From Phycisphaerae bacterium (GTDB taxonomy: Bacteria > Planctomycetota > Phycisphaerae > JAAYCJ01): a stretch of 64,000 bases of DNA. Positions within the stretch are counted from its first letter, which is position 1, and each line of letters opens with the position of its first letter. A program made the position numbers and the translations under genes. Where the stretch lies: contig JBAZZQ010000001.1 in assembly GCA_041658725.1 (NCBI GenBank), positions 96,938 to 160,937 on the forward strand, read 5' to 3'. Positions 34,826 through 43,638 of the stretch are shown piece after piece. Below the pieces are notes generated by a model. The model worked only from the letters and a program-made list of their open reading frames with translations. It was not told the origin of the DNA and did not search any database.

Positions 34826-36844
34826 TTAGCGATAAGAGGAAATAGTTTCTTCCGCGGTCGGGAAATCTCCATGGCCGGGATGATAGTGATCAATTATCCG
34901 TTCAATCAAGTCGTCCGGCAGTAAAACCCGTCCTTCCCAAATCGCGAGATACTTTTTAAAAATGGATTTGGGCAGGTGGATTTCATTCTGCCAATTTGAT
35001 CCGAAAAGGTCGGTGGCTAGTGTTTCGGCCATGAATTCCTCGGGTTCGATATCGGGTTCCGCTCGGGTGAGCCAGGCTCGGATCTTTGGCTCCAGGTCGG
35101 GGTAAACGATGCGACCGATGTCGCGGAGCAGGTGAGCGACTTCTTCCTGGAGCGACCGGCCGTCCAGACAATTGGCGGTGTCATAGACATGAAGCATGAT
35201 CCGACCGGTCTTGTAGTCCACCTCGTATTTTCCAAAGATGCCGTAGGGGACGTTGTTCTGATATGCACCGCAAAACCGCTGCTGAAGTTGAAGCGTGGTC
35301 GGCTCCGGCACGGCGTCGTGATACAGGACCTGAACACCCCGGGCCAAGGACGGCTGGGATTGCAGCCAGTCCAGGATGGGCCGATGGGACTGGGGCGGTT
35401 GTCGGTCGGCAGGAAATCCGCCGGGCTTAAATTCCAAGTCGGTAAAGATGACCGGTAGGGTCGGCGTGAGGGGATTCTTGACCATTTGCTGGACCTTTTC
35501 GTCCCAGGTTGGCCAGGATTGGAGTCGAGGAATGCCTCGTGGCCGGTTCTCAAGGCCCTCGGCCACCAACTCGTTTTCTTTTTCCACCCGGCGGCGCTCC
35601 AGCTCTTTTCGCGAGAGGAGGCCCTTGGTTCCCACAAACTGTCTCCGGAAACCGTCCCCGGTGTTCCAGGCCAGGTAGTAGTGCTTTCCGCTGTACATGC
35701 AAACCCCCACCTTCGGTCGAAGCATCGTGTGCCATTGATCCGGGGGGATCTCCAGAGAGCGTCGGATCCGCTGGAGCATTTTTTGCCGCTTGGAGTAGCC
35801 GACCTTTCCCAACCGTTGGCGGTGGATGATTCGCGCATCGCTGCGAGCGTGCCAAATGGCATACCAGTCTTGGCCAATTCGTTCTTCCCAGACCGGAGGA
35901 CGGCGGTAGACTTCGTCAGCTCGCTGGTGAGCAATCTGCCGGGCATTTTCCCAGGCGGCCTTCATCGCTTGCCGATGCTCGGCCTCGCCATGTTTCCAGA
36001 GGTACGACCAAGTATTGACGTTCAAGGTGTTGGCGGTCTCGATAAATTCGTCCAACGTGCGGGTCGCCTCATCACGGAGGTTAGAGACATTCGGATTGTG
36101 CAGTTGCCAGGTTGCAAGGTCCTCCAGGACCCGTTCCATTCGCGAGGTTCGGATGTTGCCGGTAATCATCACGTTTGGTTTGCCTTCATAGGCCAGTTCT
36201 CGGTCCCAGGACTCGCCGCGAAGGCGCCGCATGGTCGGTTCATAGGTCGAGTCTCCATCATGGTGACTGAATTCCGTCAGATCGTGGGAAACGATGTTTC
36301 CCGTCCGTTTGAGGTATTCGCGAATCTTCTCGATGGTGTGGTCACCGGGGAGTTTGGCCCCGCGTCCGCGTTCAGAGAGGGAAAACGAAAAGATCGCTTC
36401 GTGGATCCCCGAGCGGATGCCGCTTTTGCCGTCTTTGGGTATCCGGCCTGCCAGCATGACGTGACCGAGGGATTTATCCACGGCCTTCGCTTTTTTTTTA
36501 AAGCAGGCGATGTAGTCGCCAGCCCCCGGCCGCGTCAGATTGTGGCGGACGATCAGGTAGCCCTGGTGGACCAGTTCATTGGCGTACTGGAGGACCCACT
36601 GATTAATAACCGAATCGGGGAACTTAAAAAAATATTTTTGAAACAAGAGGCGAATCACCCAGAGCACGTTCTCCCAGGGCGAGTCTTGGGGGTACTCGTA
36701 TGGCCAGTTTTCCGGTTTGGTCTGGAGAAAGTCATCCAATGCCTGCTGGGCCTGGATTACATCCAGCGAAATGGTTGTCGGTTGTGACGGACGGTCTGTT
36801 TGCAGAGGTTGGATGAAATAATATTCAGATCGTAAATGGTGCAT
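34826..36844 (-). CDS. Large uncharacterised protein (~672 aa), first gene of the Ubl operon
   Basis: Long ORF with a good AAAGGG RBS before the Met at 36844 (ORF track begins at 36958). No motif I can assign. The antisense 433-aa ORF is rejected. Confidence 0.4.
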   Translation of the reverse strand: MHHLRSEYYFIQPLQTDRPSQPTTISLDVIQAQQALDDFLQTKPENWPYEYPQDSPWENVLWVIRLLFQKYFFKFPDSVINQWVLQYANELVHQGYLIVRHNLTRPGAGDYIACFKKKAKAVDKSLGHVMLAGRIPKDGKSGIRSGIHEAIFSFSLSERGRGAKLPGDHTIEKIREYLKRTGNIVSHDLTEFSHHDGDSTYEPTMRRLRGESWDRELAYEGKPNVMITGNIRTSRMERVLEDLATWQLHNPNVSNLRDEATRTLDEFIETANTLNVNTWSYLWKHGEAEHRQAMKAAWENARQIAHQRADEVYRRPPVWEERIGQDWYAIWHARSDARIIHRQRLGKVGYSKRQKMLQRIRRSLEIPPDQWHTMLRPKVGVCMYSGKHYYLAWNTGDGFRRQFVGTKGLLSRKELERRRVEKENELVAEGLENRPRGIPRLQSWPTWDEKVQQMVKNPLTPTLPVIFTDLEFKPGGFPADRQPPQSHRPILDWLQSQPSLARGVQVLYHDAVPEPTTLQLQQRFCGAYQNNVPYGIFGKYEVDYKTGRIMLHVYDTANCLDGRSLQEEVAHLLRDIGRIVYPDLEPKIRAWLTRAEPDIEPEEFMAETLATDLFGSNWQNEIHLPKSIFKKYLAIWEGRVLLPDDLIERIIDHYHPGHGDFPTAEETISSYR

Positions 36845-36988
36845 AGTTTTGCCCTTTCTGTAAAATGTAAAAAAGAAAAAAGCCCCGCACATGGGCTGCG
36901 GGGCTTGGTTGGGGCGCATAAAAAAGACGCCGACGCGGCGTTTTGGCCCCAGATACAAAGTGGAATCTGTCAGATTGCTCGATGCCGT

Positions 36989-37846
36989 TTATTCATCCCG
37001 GAACATCTCCGGCTCGATTTTTTCCAAGGCAGTCGGCTTGAACCATAGATCGCGTTCGATCGGCAATCCCATCGGTCCGGTCGTGGTTTCCAATTCGGAG
37101 AGTGAAAAGTACCCAAGCTCTTTCTCCATGCCGAGGACCAATCCGAAAAACATGTCCTCACCGTCATACTCAGTCGCGAGCCAAGTAAAATTACTTGATG
37201 GAGTGAAGAATTTACAATACGCGATGGCTTTTCCACCCTTGCCGTCCTGGCTGTAGAGGGCGGGGATCTGCTTTCGCAGTTCCTCCGTCATCAGTTTGTG
37301 GCCACGTTTGGTCTCGTTGCCGCGGATTTGAACCGTTACACCATTGGTGGATACAGCGTTTTCCACCGGAATGCCAACGGCACTTGCCATTTCACCCAGG
37401 AATGCGGCCATGTTCTGCCGCTGTTCGGTTCGTGAGATTGGGTCCGATTCAATATAAGGAATCGGCGTGCCAATGATTTCGATCCGATTGGGTTCCGGCT
37501 CGATCACTACCCGGCCGTTTTCTGTACTGAACCATTCTAGATATACATCTTTGCCATAGTCGAATGGTGGGCCGCCGGATGTGATGTCTCCGACCTTTCC
37601 CGTTTGGGTCAGGGAAAAGCCTTCCAGATAGCTTGCCGCTTCTGGATCGTCCGCTTTGCCTTCTCCGGTAAAGCGAATCTTCGCTCCGCGAATATCGCGG
37701 TGGAAGTTGCCTTCCAGATCAAATGTTACGTTCTCGTTCAATCCGGCAAATTTGATATATCCGGTTACTCTATTTGGTACCGAATTATCAAGCTCGCCCT
37801 CGATAACCTGTTCTGTCGGTCGCCATGCCATAATAGTTTTCTCCAT
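36989..37846 (-). CDS. DUF2958-domain protein
   Basis: The C-terminal CKFFTPSSNFTWLATEYDGEDMFFGLVLGMEKELGYFSLSEL...GLPIERDLWFKP matches the conserved DUF2958 block found on plasmids and conjugative elements. Confidence 0.5.
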   Translation of the reverse strand: MEKTIMAWRPTEQVIEGELDNSVPNRVTGYIKFAGLNENVTFDLEGNFHRDIRGAKIRFTGEGKADDPEAASYLEGFSLTQTGKVGDITSGGPPFDYGKDVYLEWFSTENGRVVIEPEPNRIEIIGTPIPYIESDPISRTEQRQNMAAFLGEMASAVGIPVENAVSTNGVTVQIRGNETKRGHKLMTEELRKQIPALYSQDGKGGKAIAYCKFFTPSSNFTWLATEYDGEDMFFGLVLGMEKELGYFSLSELETTTGPMGLPIERDLWFKPTALEKIEPEMFRDE

Positions 37847-37932
37847 CTGGCCGTGTCATTCTTAATAATCACGCAGCCCAGACACGGACCGTAAATGGGC
37901 TGCGTAAAGCTTTTTCCAAAAAGCCGTAAAAG

Positions 37933-38229
37933 TTAGAAATCCCGCCGATTCCGCCGGTGGTGAGGGTGGAATTCGTGACTACTGCCATGCCCGCTTCCAT
38001 TCCCGTTGTTCTTGAGCAGAAAAATTAAGGCTGCCAGAATCGCCAACGTCGTACCGGTAATGTAAACCCCTTCAAATTCCCGGGCGTTATAAATCAAGTC
38101 ATAACGCTCCAGCCATCTCGCCACATCGTAAATCCTCGACGTCAACAGAATCGCCACCACGATGCCGACCACGATCCATTTTCTTGTAATGGTTCGCATA
38201 GAAACACTCCTTCCGCTGTTCAACAGCAA
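37933..38229 (-). CDS. Small two-TM membrane protein
   Basis: Two hydrophobic helices (WIVVGIVVAILL; TTLAILAALIFLL) and a basic His-rich tail. Confidence 0.3.
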   Translation of the reverse strand: MLLNSGRSVSMRTITRKWIVVGIVVAILLTSRIYDVARWLERYDLIYNAREFEGVYITGTTLAILAALIFLLKNNGNGSGHGSSHEFHPHHRRNRRDF

Positions 38230-38649
38230 TTTAGAGATACAACTACAGAAAACCCATCAGGGCCACCCACACTGGGCTGATTTGATAACCCTGTTACAAA
38301 CGATTAAATACTTCAAAACATGCGTCTCGTCGTACGCTTCGCTCTTGGGCAAACGTTCGCCGTTTACCGCACTTTGACATTCACTGTTTGCTTTCAGGTC
38401 GAATGACCCAATAAAAACTACTTCACGAATTGACCGCAACTTCCCGGCCTGTTTGATGGACGCGCTGCGTCGCTTTCAAACCGCACTTGGGTGTGACTGG
38501 TCGATTTAATGATGTTCCGAAAGGGAACAGAGGGAGGGAGTTTTGATGGAATATATAAATCTTACGTTTTGGATCCCACACGGTTTTTGTTTTCTACAGC
38601 GGGCGGAATGGTTTGTGCCCTCCTCCAGATAAAGGCCCGGAGTGAACCG

Positions 38650-39510
38650 TCACCGACTTGTGGTTCTGAGCGTCTGTACGCCATGTTTCCGAATATATCG
38701 ATGCCCCTCCCGCTCGATCGCGGCCTTTAGTCGCTCCAAGACGTCATTGGTTTCCCCTTGCCTTCGGGCTGCCAGGGCTCGCCGGACTTCAATCATCCGG
38801 TCGTCCCCACAATCTATCCGGTAGTGCAGGTCGTGACAGCCTGCCGGCCGATATTCAAATCCGACCACCTCGCCGCCGAAGTTTACCAGCACGTTGTCAT
38901 TGTCCATGAAGGAGAGAATGCGCTCATGCCAAGGATCCCAGTGAGCCGGATTCACCGCCGCTAGGCGGCATCCCAACTCGGGATAGACCGTAGCATGGGG
39001 GTCCACGAAAGGAATGCTCGGCAAATCTCGGCCGTCCAGCGACACCCGCATTCCGGAAAAGACGGCATTGATCTCCACCAGGTCGATGGTCCACGGGTCA
39101 TCCGGGAATTCCAACTCCGTCCCCTCCCTTATTCCCGGATCGGCTCGCACCGCCAGAGGCTGCCCGGTCCATTCGTTGGGGCCAATCCGCACCCGCTTGC
39201 CTCGGGAGCGGACGATCAGTTCCCGCGGGGCCAGGCAAAGCAGACCCACCCCAGGCGGGTACTCGTACGCTTCCCGGTTCTCCTCTCCGCCGAAGTTACG
39301 GCGGTCCAGGATCGTGGAGAAGTCGGCGATCCCCCGGCCGTTATCTCGAACGATGATCCGGTCGTTTCGGTTAATGATCGCCACCTTTGTGGCCCCCGCC
39401 CGGCAGGCGGTTTGCAGGATCTCAATCACCCGCCCTTCCCGCGATCCGGTGAAGAACCGATCGTGTTTTTGTACAAGCCGCGACCTTGCCGCGGCGTCCA
39501 TGGTTTCCAT
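38650..39510 (-). CDS. GHKL-superfamily ATPase-like protein (HATPase_c fold N-terminus) with uncharacterised C-terminal region
   Basis: VIEILQTACRAGATKVAI...IIVRDNGRGI matches the N-box/G1-box of Bergerat ATPases. Confidence 0.4.
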   Translation of the reverse strand: METMDAAARSRLVQKHDRFFTGSREGRVIEILQTACRAGATKVAIINRNDRIIVRDNGRGIADFSTILDRRNFGGEENREAYEYPPGVGLLCLAPRELIVRSRGKRVRIGPNEWTGQPLAVRADPGIREGTELEFPDDPWTIDLVEINAVFSGMRVSLDGRDLPSIPFVDPHATVYPELGCRLAAVNPAHWDPWHERILSFMDNDNVLVNFGGEVVGFEYRPAGCHDLHYRIDCGDDRMIEVRRALAARRQGETNDVLERLKAAIEREGHRYIRKHGVQTLRTTSR

Positions 39511-39818
39511 GCTGCTACCTCCGGCAGGGTCGTCGTAGGCGACACCATGCCGAAAGGGACATGGGGTTGCAGGGAAATTCTATCATCGAGAGGGGCAAAA
39601 AAAGACTTTCCGGGAAAGTTTTTACTATCGGAAGAGAGATGTCAGATGCGTCAATCAGTCTTAACGGATGCGGAAGCGATGGCGTTGGTTTGCCGGGTGC
39701 CCGGACCGGTTTGCCTGCTGTGTGCGGAGAAAGATTCCGCGCAGTGCACCGCAGGCTCATCGCCGATTACTTGGCCCGTCAGGGGTTCCCGGTCGAACAT
39801 CTGGAATAACCTCCGGTA

Positions 39819-40190
39819 TCACTCGTTTCTCGTATGCCACAGGATATACTTTTCCACCCAATACTCGGTCTGGCGTTGAATTTCGTTGTCGATGCTCGTG
39901 GCGTTGTTGGGATCGACCCGGAGGGCGGTTCGATTTAAGACATCCAGAAGCTCCTGGGCACAGACCGGCTCTTCAATCAGAAACTGTATGGGAATTCCAT
40001 CGCAGGTGGATGCATTCTGAACCAGCGTCTCATTTCTCGAATTTGCTTTTCCATAAAGATCCAGCGTCACCGCCAGATTGAATACCCCCATGATCAAAAT
40101 CACTACGATTACCGCTTTCCACCAATTATCCTTCGTTCCATTCATCCTCGTTCCCTCCGTGCTTTTGCTTGACCGCCACCCGCTGGGCAT
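39819..40190 (-). CDS. Small membrane-anchored protein (single N-terminal TM)
   Basis: WWKAVIVVILIMGVFNLAV TM segment, then a ~80-aa extracytoplasmic region. Confidence 0.3.
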   Translation of the reverse strand: MPSGWRSSKSTEGTRMNGTKDNWWKAVIVVILIMGVFNLAVTLDLYGKANSRNETLVQNASTCDGIPIQFLIEEPVCAQELLDVLNRTALRVDPNNATSIDNEIQRQTEYWVEKYILWHTRNE

Positions 40191-40607
40191 CGGCCAGTTG
40201 GATCAGCAGTTCATCTTTCTCCCGTGATCCCATGTCTGTGTTCTTTAAATTTTCGATTTTTCCCGCCAGCTGCCGTAGTCCATTCTCAAATCGTCCCGAC
40301 AGCACCCACCCATCCTGGTAGTTGTTTCGGCTGCTGAACCTCGAGACCCGTTCGATGATCCCCAATCGCTTCATCTTCGCCCGTGTCCGTTCTAGCGTCC
40401 GTCGGGATACGGCATTCCGCTCCGCCACGTCCGCTAAATCAGATATCACCTTCTCCTTCGCCCACTTCAGTGTCACCCAAATCACCTGGAATGCGTGCTG
40501 CTGATTGCGATTTCCCGGAAATAGCATTTCCGCTAGATCCGATACATCCGATAGCTGACTGATCCGCCTGTAGCGGAATTCTATTTTTGTTGATTCGTTC
40601 ATTTTCC
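40126..40607 (-). CDS. Putative HTH DNA-binding protein (regulator or replication-initiator-like)
   Basis: AVSRRTLERTRAKMKRLGIIERV is HTH-like. Probable start MNESTKIEF at 40607 (ORF track to 40749). Confidence 0.3.
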
Positions 40608-41458
40608 ATATCACCCGTGGATAAATTCGCTTGGCCGTAAAGATGAGGCCAAGCGAAGGGAAGGACTGAGGGGAAGAGAAGTGAATATAAAGATGATGGT
40701 GTATCAAGAATCTTGAAGAAGAATGTCGGATTAGAAAGCCCTCATTCAAGGCTCAAAGGAGATAACTTTGTTCGCCATTCTCGGAGTGTTGGTCTAAAAA
40801 GCATTCGCTCTTTGCCTCAAGGCGATTGATTTTGCTGCCCACCAAATTTGGGAATGTGGGTTTGGAAAATATCTGCTCGCACGTTAGCAAGGTTGATTTT
40901 TTATACTCCAGCCGTTATTTCTACTTAAGATATCCGATGAAAGTGAATTCTCATTAATCATTTGGCGGATGAGAGTATGGGATTTTCATTAGGGATAACG
41001 AGCATCACCATCATCGAGTCTCCTTCATGGTATGGAATCACGAGTTGCCGGAAAAAGGCCATCTTCCGGCAGTCCCACCTGCCCGTGGCCGGTGCTCTCA
41101 TCATGCCAATGGCCCCCCGATGTGCCGTGCTCGGTGGACGCGTTTTGTAGCCGGGGTAAACGACCTCGGGACGCGCCGCCTCCGTGCGGGCAATGAGCGA
41201 GGGAATTTGTCCCAACATTGTCCCAAAATAAGTTGTTCATTCAAGCCTTGAACAATCAAAACCTACGATACCCCCGTAGGAAATTTGGGATGGTTTTGTC
41301 GCCGGATGAAATATTCGGTAGGGACAGCGGTCCACAACATCCAAGCCCAGACACCCATCGAAAACATTCTGGTCATGTACGAAACGGTGCAACAATACGG
41401 CAGAAGAACAATTTGATCGCTTGGTTGGACCTGCTTTTGGTTGCCAAGACCGGCGCAT

Positions 41459-43633
41459 TTAAAATTGTTTTTTGGCAGCCCTATATATCAAATTGTTAAT
41501 TGATTCCAAATCAGGTAGTGCAGCCGTCTCAAGCTTCCGTGAGACGGGATTGGGAATATCTTGGCCGGCCAAAGTCACAATGGGGCAATCTAAATAATCA
41601 AAGAAACGGTTTTCGCACTCGTGAGCAATTCGGTCACCGAGGGAGTTGCTTTTGGCGGCCTGTTCGAGGATAACCATTACGCAGGTTTTTTTCAACGAGG
41701 TGCCGATGGTTTCATAATCGACATCAGCAATATTCAGGGTTCTCAGGTCAATCACTTCCGCCCGGATTCCCTGCTTTTCCAGTTCCTCGGCCGCCTGGAG
41801 TGCCAGGCTAACCATGGAGGAATAGCAAAGCACCGTAACATTCCCACCTTGTTTGACGACTTTAGCGTTTCCGAACGGGATAAAGTAGTCAAGATTACTT
41901 TTGGGAACGAGAAACTTGTCGGAATAAAGAGAGTGATGTTCAATGATCAGGACGGGGTCCCCGCTTTTCATGGCAGTATTAAAAAGGCCGATGTAATCGA
42001 AGGCATTCGATGGAGCCAAAATTCTCCAGCCGCTGAATAAAGCAAAAAGCCCCGTTGGGTCCATCGAATGCTGGCCACCGTAGCCACATCCGATGGCGAT
42101 TCTTGTCCGTACCACCAGAGGCATATCGGTTGAGTTTCCATAAATATAACGGAGCTTGCCGATCTGATTAAAAAGTTGATCGGCGGCAACCAAGGCAAAA
42201 TCAGGAAACATGATCTCGACGATAGGTTTTAATCCCGACATAGCCATTCCGCCGGCCAGACCGGTAAATCCGCATTCGGAAATGGGAGTATTAAAAACCC
42301 GGTCAGGAAATTTCACCGGCAACCCTTTGGTCGCCCCATACGCGCCGCCACCGAAATTGGCCACCTCCTCACCAAAGATCAAGACGGTTTTATCTCGTTC
42401 CAGGTGCCGACCGATGACCGCAGAGATAGCCTGAACGTACGTCATCTCCTCAAAGTCGGAAAAATCCTCAATTTCCTTGAATAGCAGACCGGCAAATTCG
42501 CAGCCGTCGCTTTTTAGGCCGAGCTTCAGGGTTTTAGGGCTGGGCCAAAGTTCCTCCCTAGCACAACGCTTTCCTTTTTGAAAATGAGTGCAATATTCAA
42601 CCGCCCCGCTGACGGTTTGGACTGCTTTGGCCTGGATGCGATCTATTTGCTGGTTATTGAAAATATTATGATTAATCAAGTTTTGGGAAAAAACGCTGTA
42701 GGGGTCTTTATCTCGCCATTCTTTTTCTTCGGTTTTTGTTCGATAGCTGAAGGAACTGCCCTCTAAAGATCCGGCATGGTGTAGAAACCGATAACACTTG
42801 GCTTCAATTACGGTAGGGCCTTTTCCTTCGAGTGCATATTTTTTAGCCTCCCGCACAGTCAGCATGACCGCCAAGGGATCCATTCCATCAACCACCCGGG
42901 CACGAATTCCATAGGCCAATGCTTTTACGGCAAGGTCAGGAATGGCGGTGGAATTTTTCACGGCAGTGGCCACGGCGTAGGCATTGTTTTCGATAAAGTA
43001 AATAATCGGAATTTTCCACAAACCCGCGAGATTCAGGGCTTCGTGGAACGCTCCCTGATTGACGGCGCCATCTCCAAAGAAAGAGACAACGATAGTTGGG
43101 GTTTTAGTATATTTCATCACATAGGCTGTCCCTGTGGCCAAGGGTATTCCTCCGGCAACGATGGCATTGGTGCCGATGACTCCGATTTTTTTATTTCGAA
43201 GATGCATGGAACCGCCCCGCCCACCGCAGCAGCCGATCGAAAGTCCCATGACTTCCCCAAGCAGGCATGTGACCTCACGGTCAAGACCCTCGGGTAGATC
43301 ATCGCTGCGAGGATCAAACCCTTGAGCCATATAACAGCTGATCGCCTTGGCCAGATAGTGATGATGGGCCCGATGCGTGGAGGCGATCTGGTCTTGAGGT
43401 TCCAGAACCGCCATCGTCCCGGCGGCGCAGGCTTCCTGACCGATGCTGGTATGAACCGGACCATGCACACAACCATCGGCAGACAGTTTTAAGAGGGACT
43501 GTTCAAATTCACGGATCAGATGAATTTGATATACCATTCCGGCCAAACACCGCGGATCGATTTTATCGTAATCCCGATCCTGAACTTCGATGGTTTTGAA
43601 ATCAAAGGAAATGTCAATTTCGGAAACTTTCAT
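41459..43633 (-). CDS. Fused alpha/beta E1 component of a 2-oxoacid (pyruvate/acetoin/branched-chain) dehydrogenase, thiamine-diphosphate dependent
   Basis: The N-terminal half has the E1-alpha TPP-binding region (GQEACAAGTMAVL...HRAHHHYLAKA...GDGAVNQGAFHEALNLA). The C-terminal half is E1-beta-like (VLIFGEEVANFGGGAYGATKGL...NTPISECGFTGLAGGMAMSG). Confidence 0.8.
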   Translation of the reverse strand: MKVSEIDISFDFKTIEVQDRDYDKIDPRCLAGMVYQIHLIREFEQSLLKLSADGCVHGPVHTSIGQEACAAGTMAVLEPQDQIASTHRAHHHYLAKAISCYMAQGFDPRSDDLPEGLDREVTCLLGEVMGLSIGCCGGRGGSMHLRNKKIGVIGTNAIVAGGIPLATGTAYVMKYTKTPTIVVSFFGDGAVNQGAFHEALNLAGLWKIPIIYFIENNAYAVATAVKNSTAIPDLAVKALAYGIRARVVDGMDPLAVMLTVREAKKYALEGKGPTVIEAKCYRFLHHAGSLEGSSFSYRTKTEEKEWRDKDPYSVFSQNLINHNIFNNQQIDRIQAKAVQTVSGAVEYCTHFQKGKRCAREELWPSPKTLKLGLKSDGCEFAGLLFKEIEDFSDFEEMTYVQAISAVIGRHLERDKTVLIFGEEVANFGGGAYGATKGLPVKFPDRVFNTPISECGFTGLAGGMAMSGLKPIVEIMFPDFALVAADQLFNQIGKLRYIYGNSTDMPLVVRTRIAIGCGYGGQHSMDPTGLFALFSGWRILAPSNAFDYIGLFNTAMKSGDPVLIIEHHSLYSDKFLVPKSNLDYFIPFGNAKVVKQGGNVTVLCYSSMVSLALQAAEELEKQGIRAEVIDLRTLNIADVDYETIGTSLKKTCVMVILEQAAKSNSLGDRIAHECENRFFDYLDCPIVTLAGQDIPNPVSRKLETAALPDLESINNLIYRAAKKQF

Positions 43634-43638
43634 TTTGG

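Noticed and set aside
35486-36787. 433-aa ORF antisense to the large Ubl-operon gene, plus 35017-35946 in an alternative frame
   Set aside because: Ala/Gly/Arg/Pro-rich low-complexity translation with no start context. The sense-strand ORF spans the whole region with consistent coding character.
40848-41303. ~20-bp partial direct repeat (aaatttggga-tg-g-tttg) as candidate iterons or att core
   Set aside because: Only two imperfect copies 435 bp apart. This is insufficient for an iteron or att call, so it is mentioned only as context.
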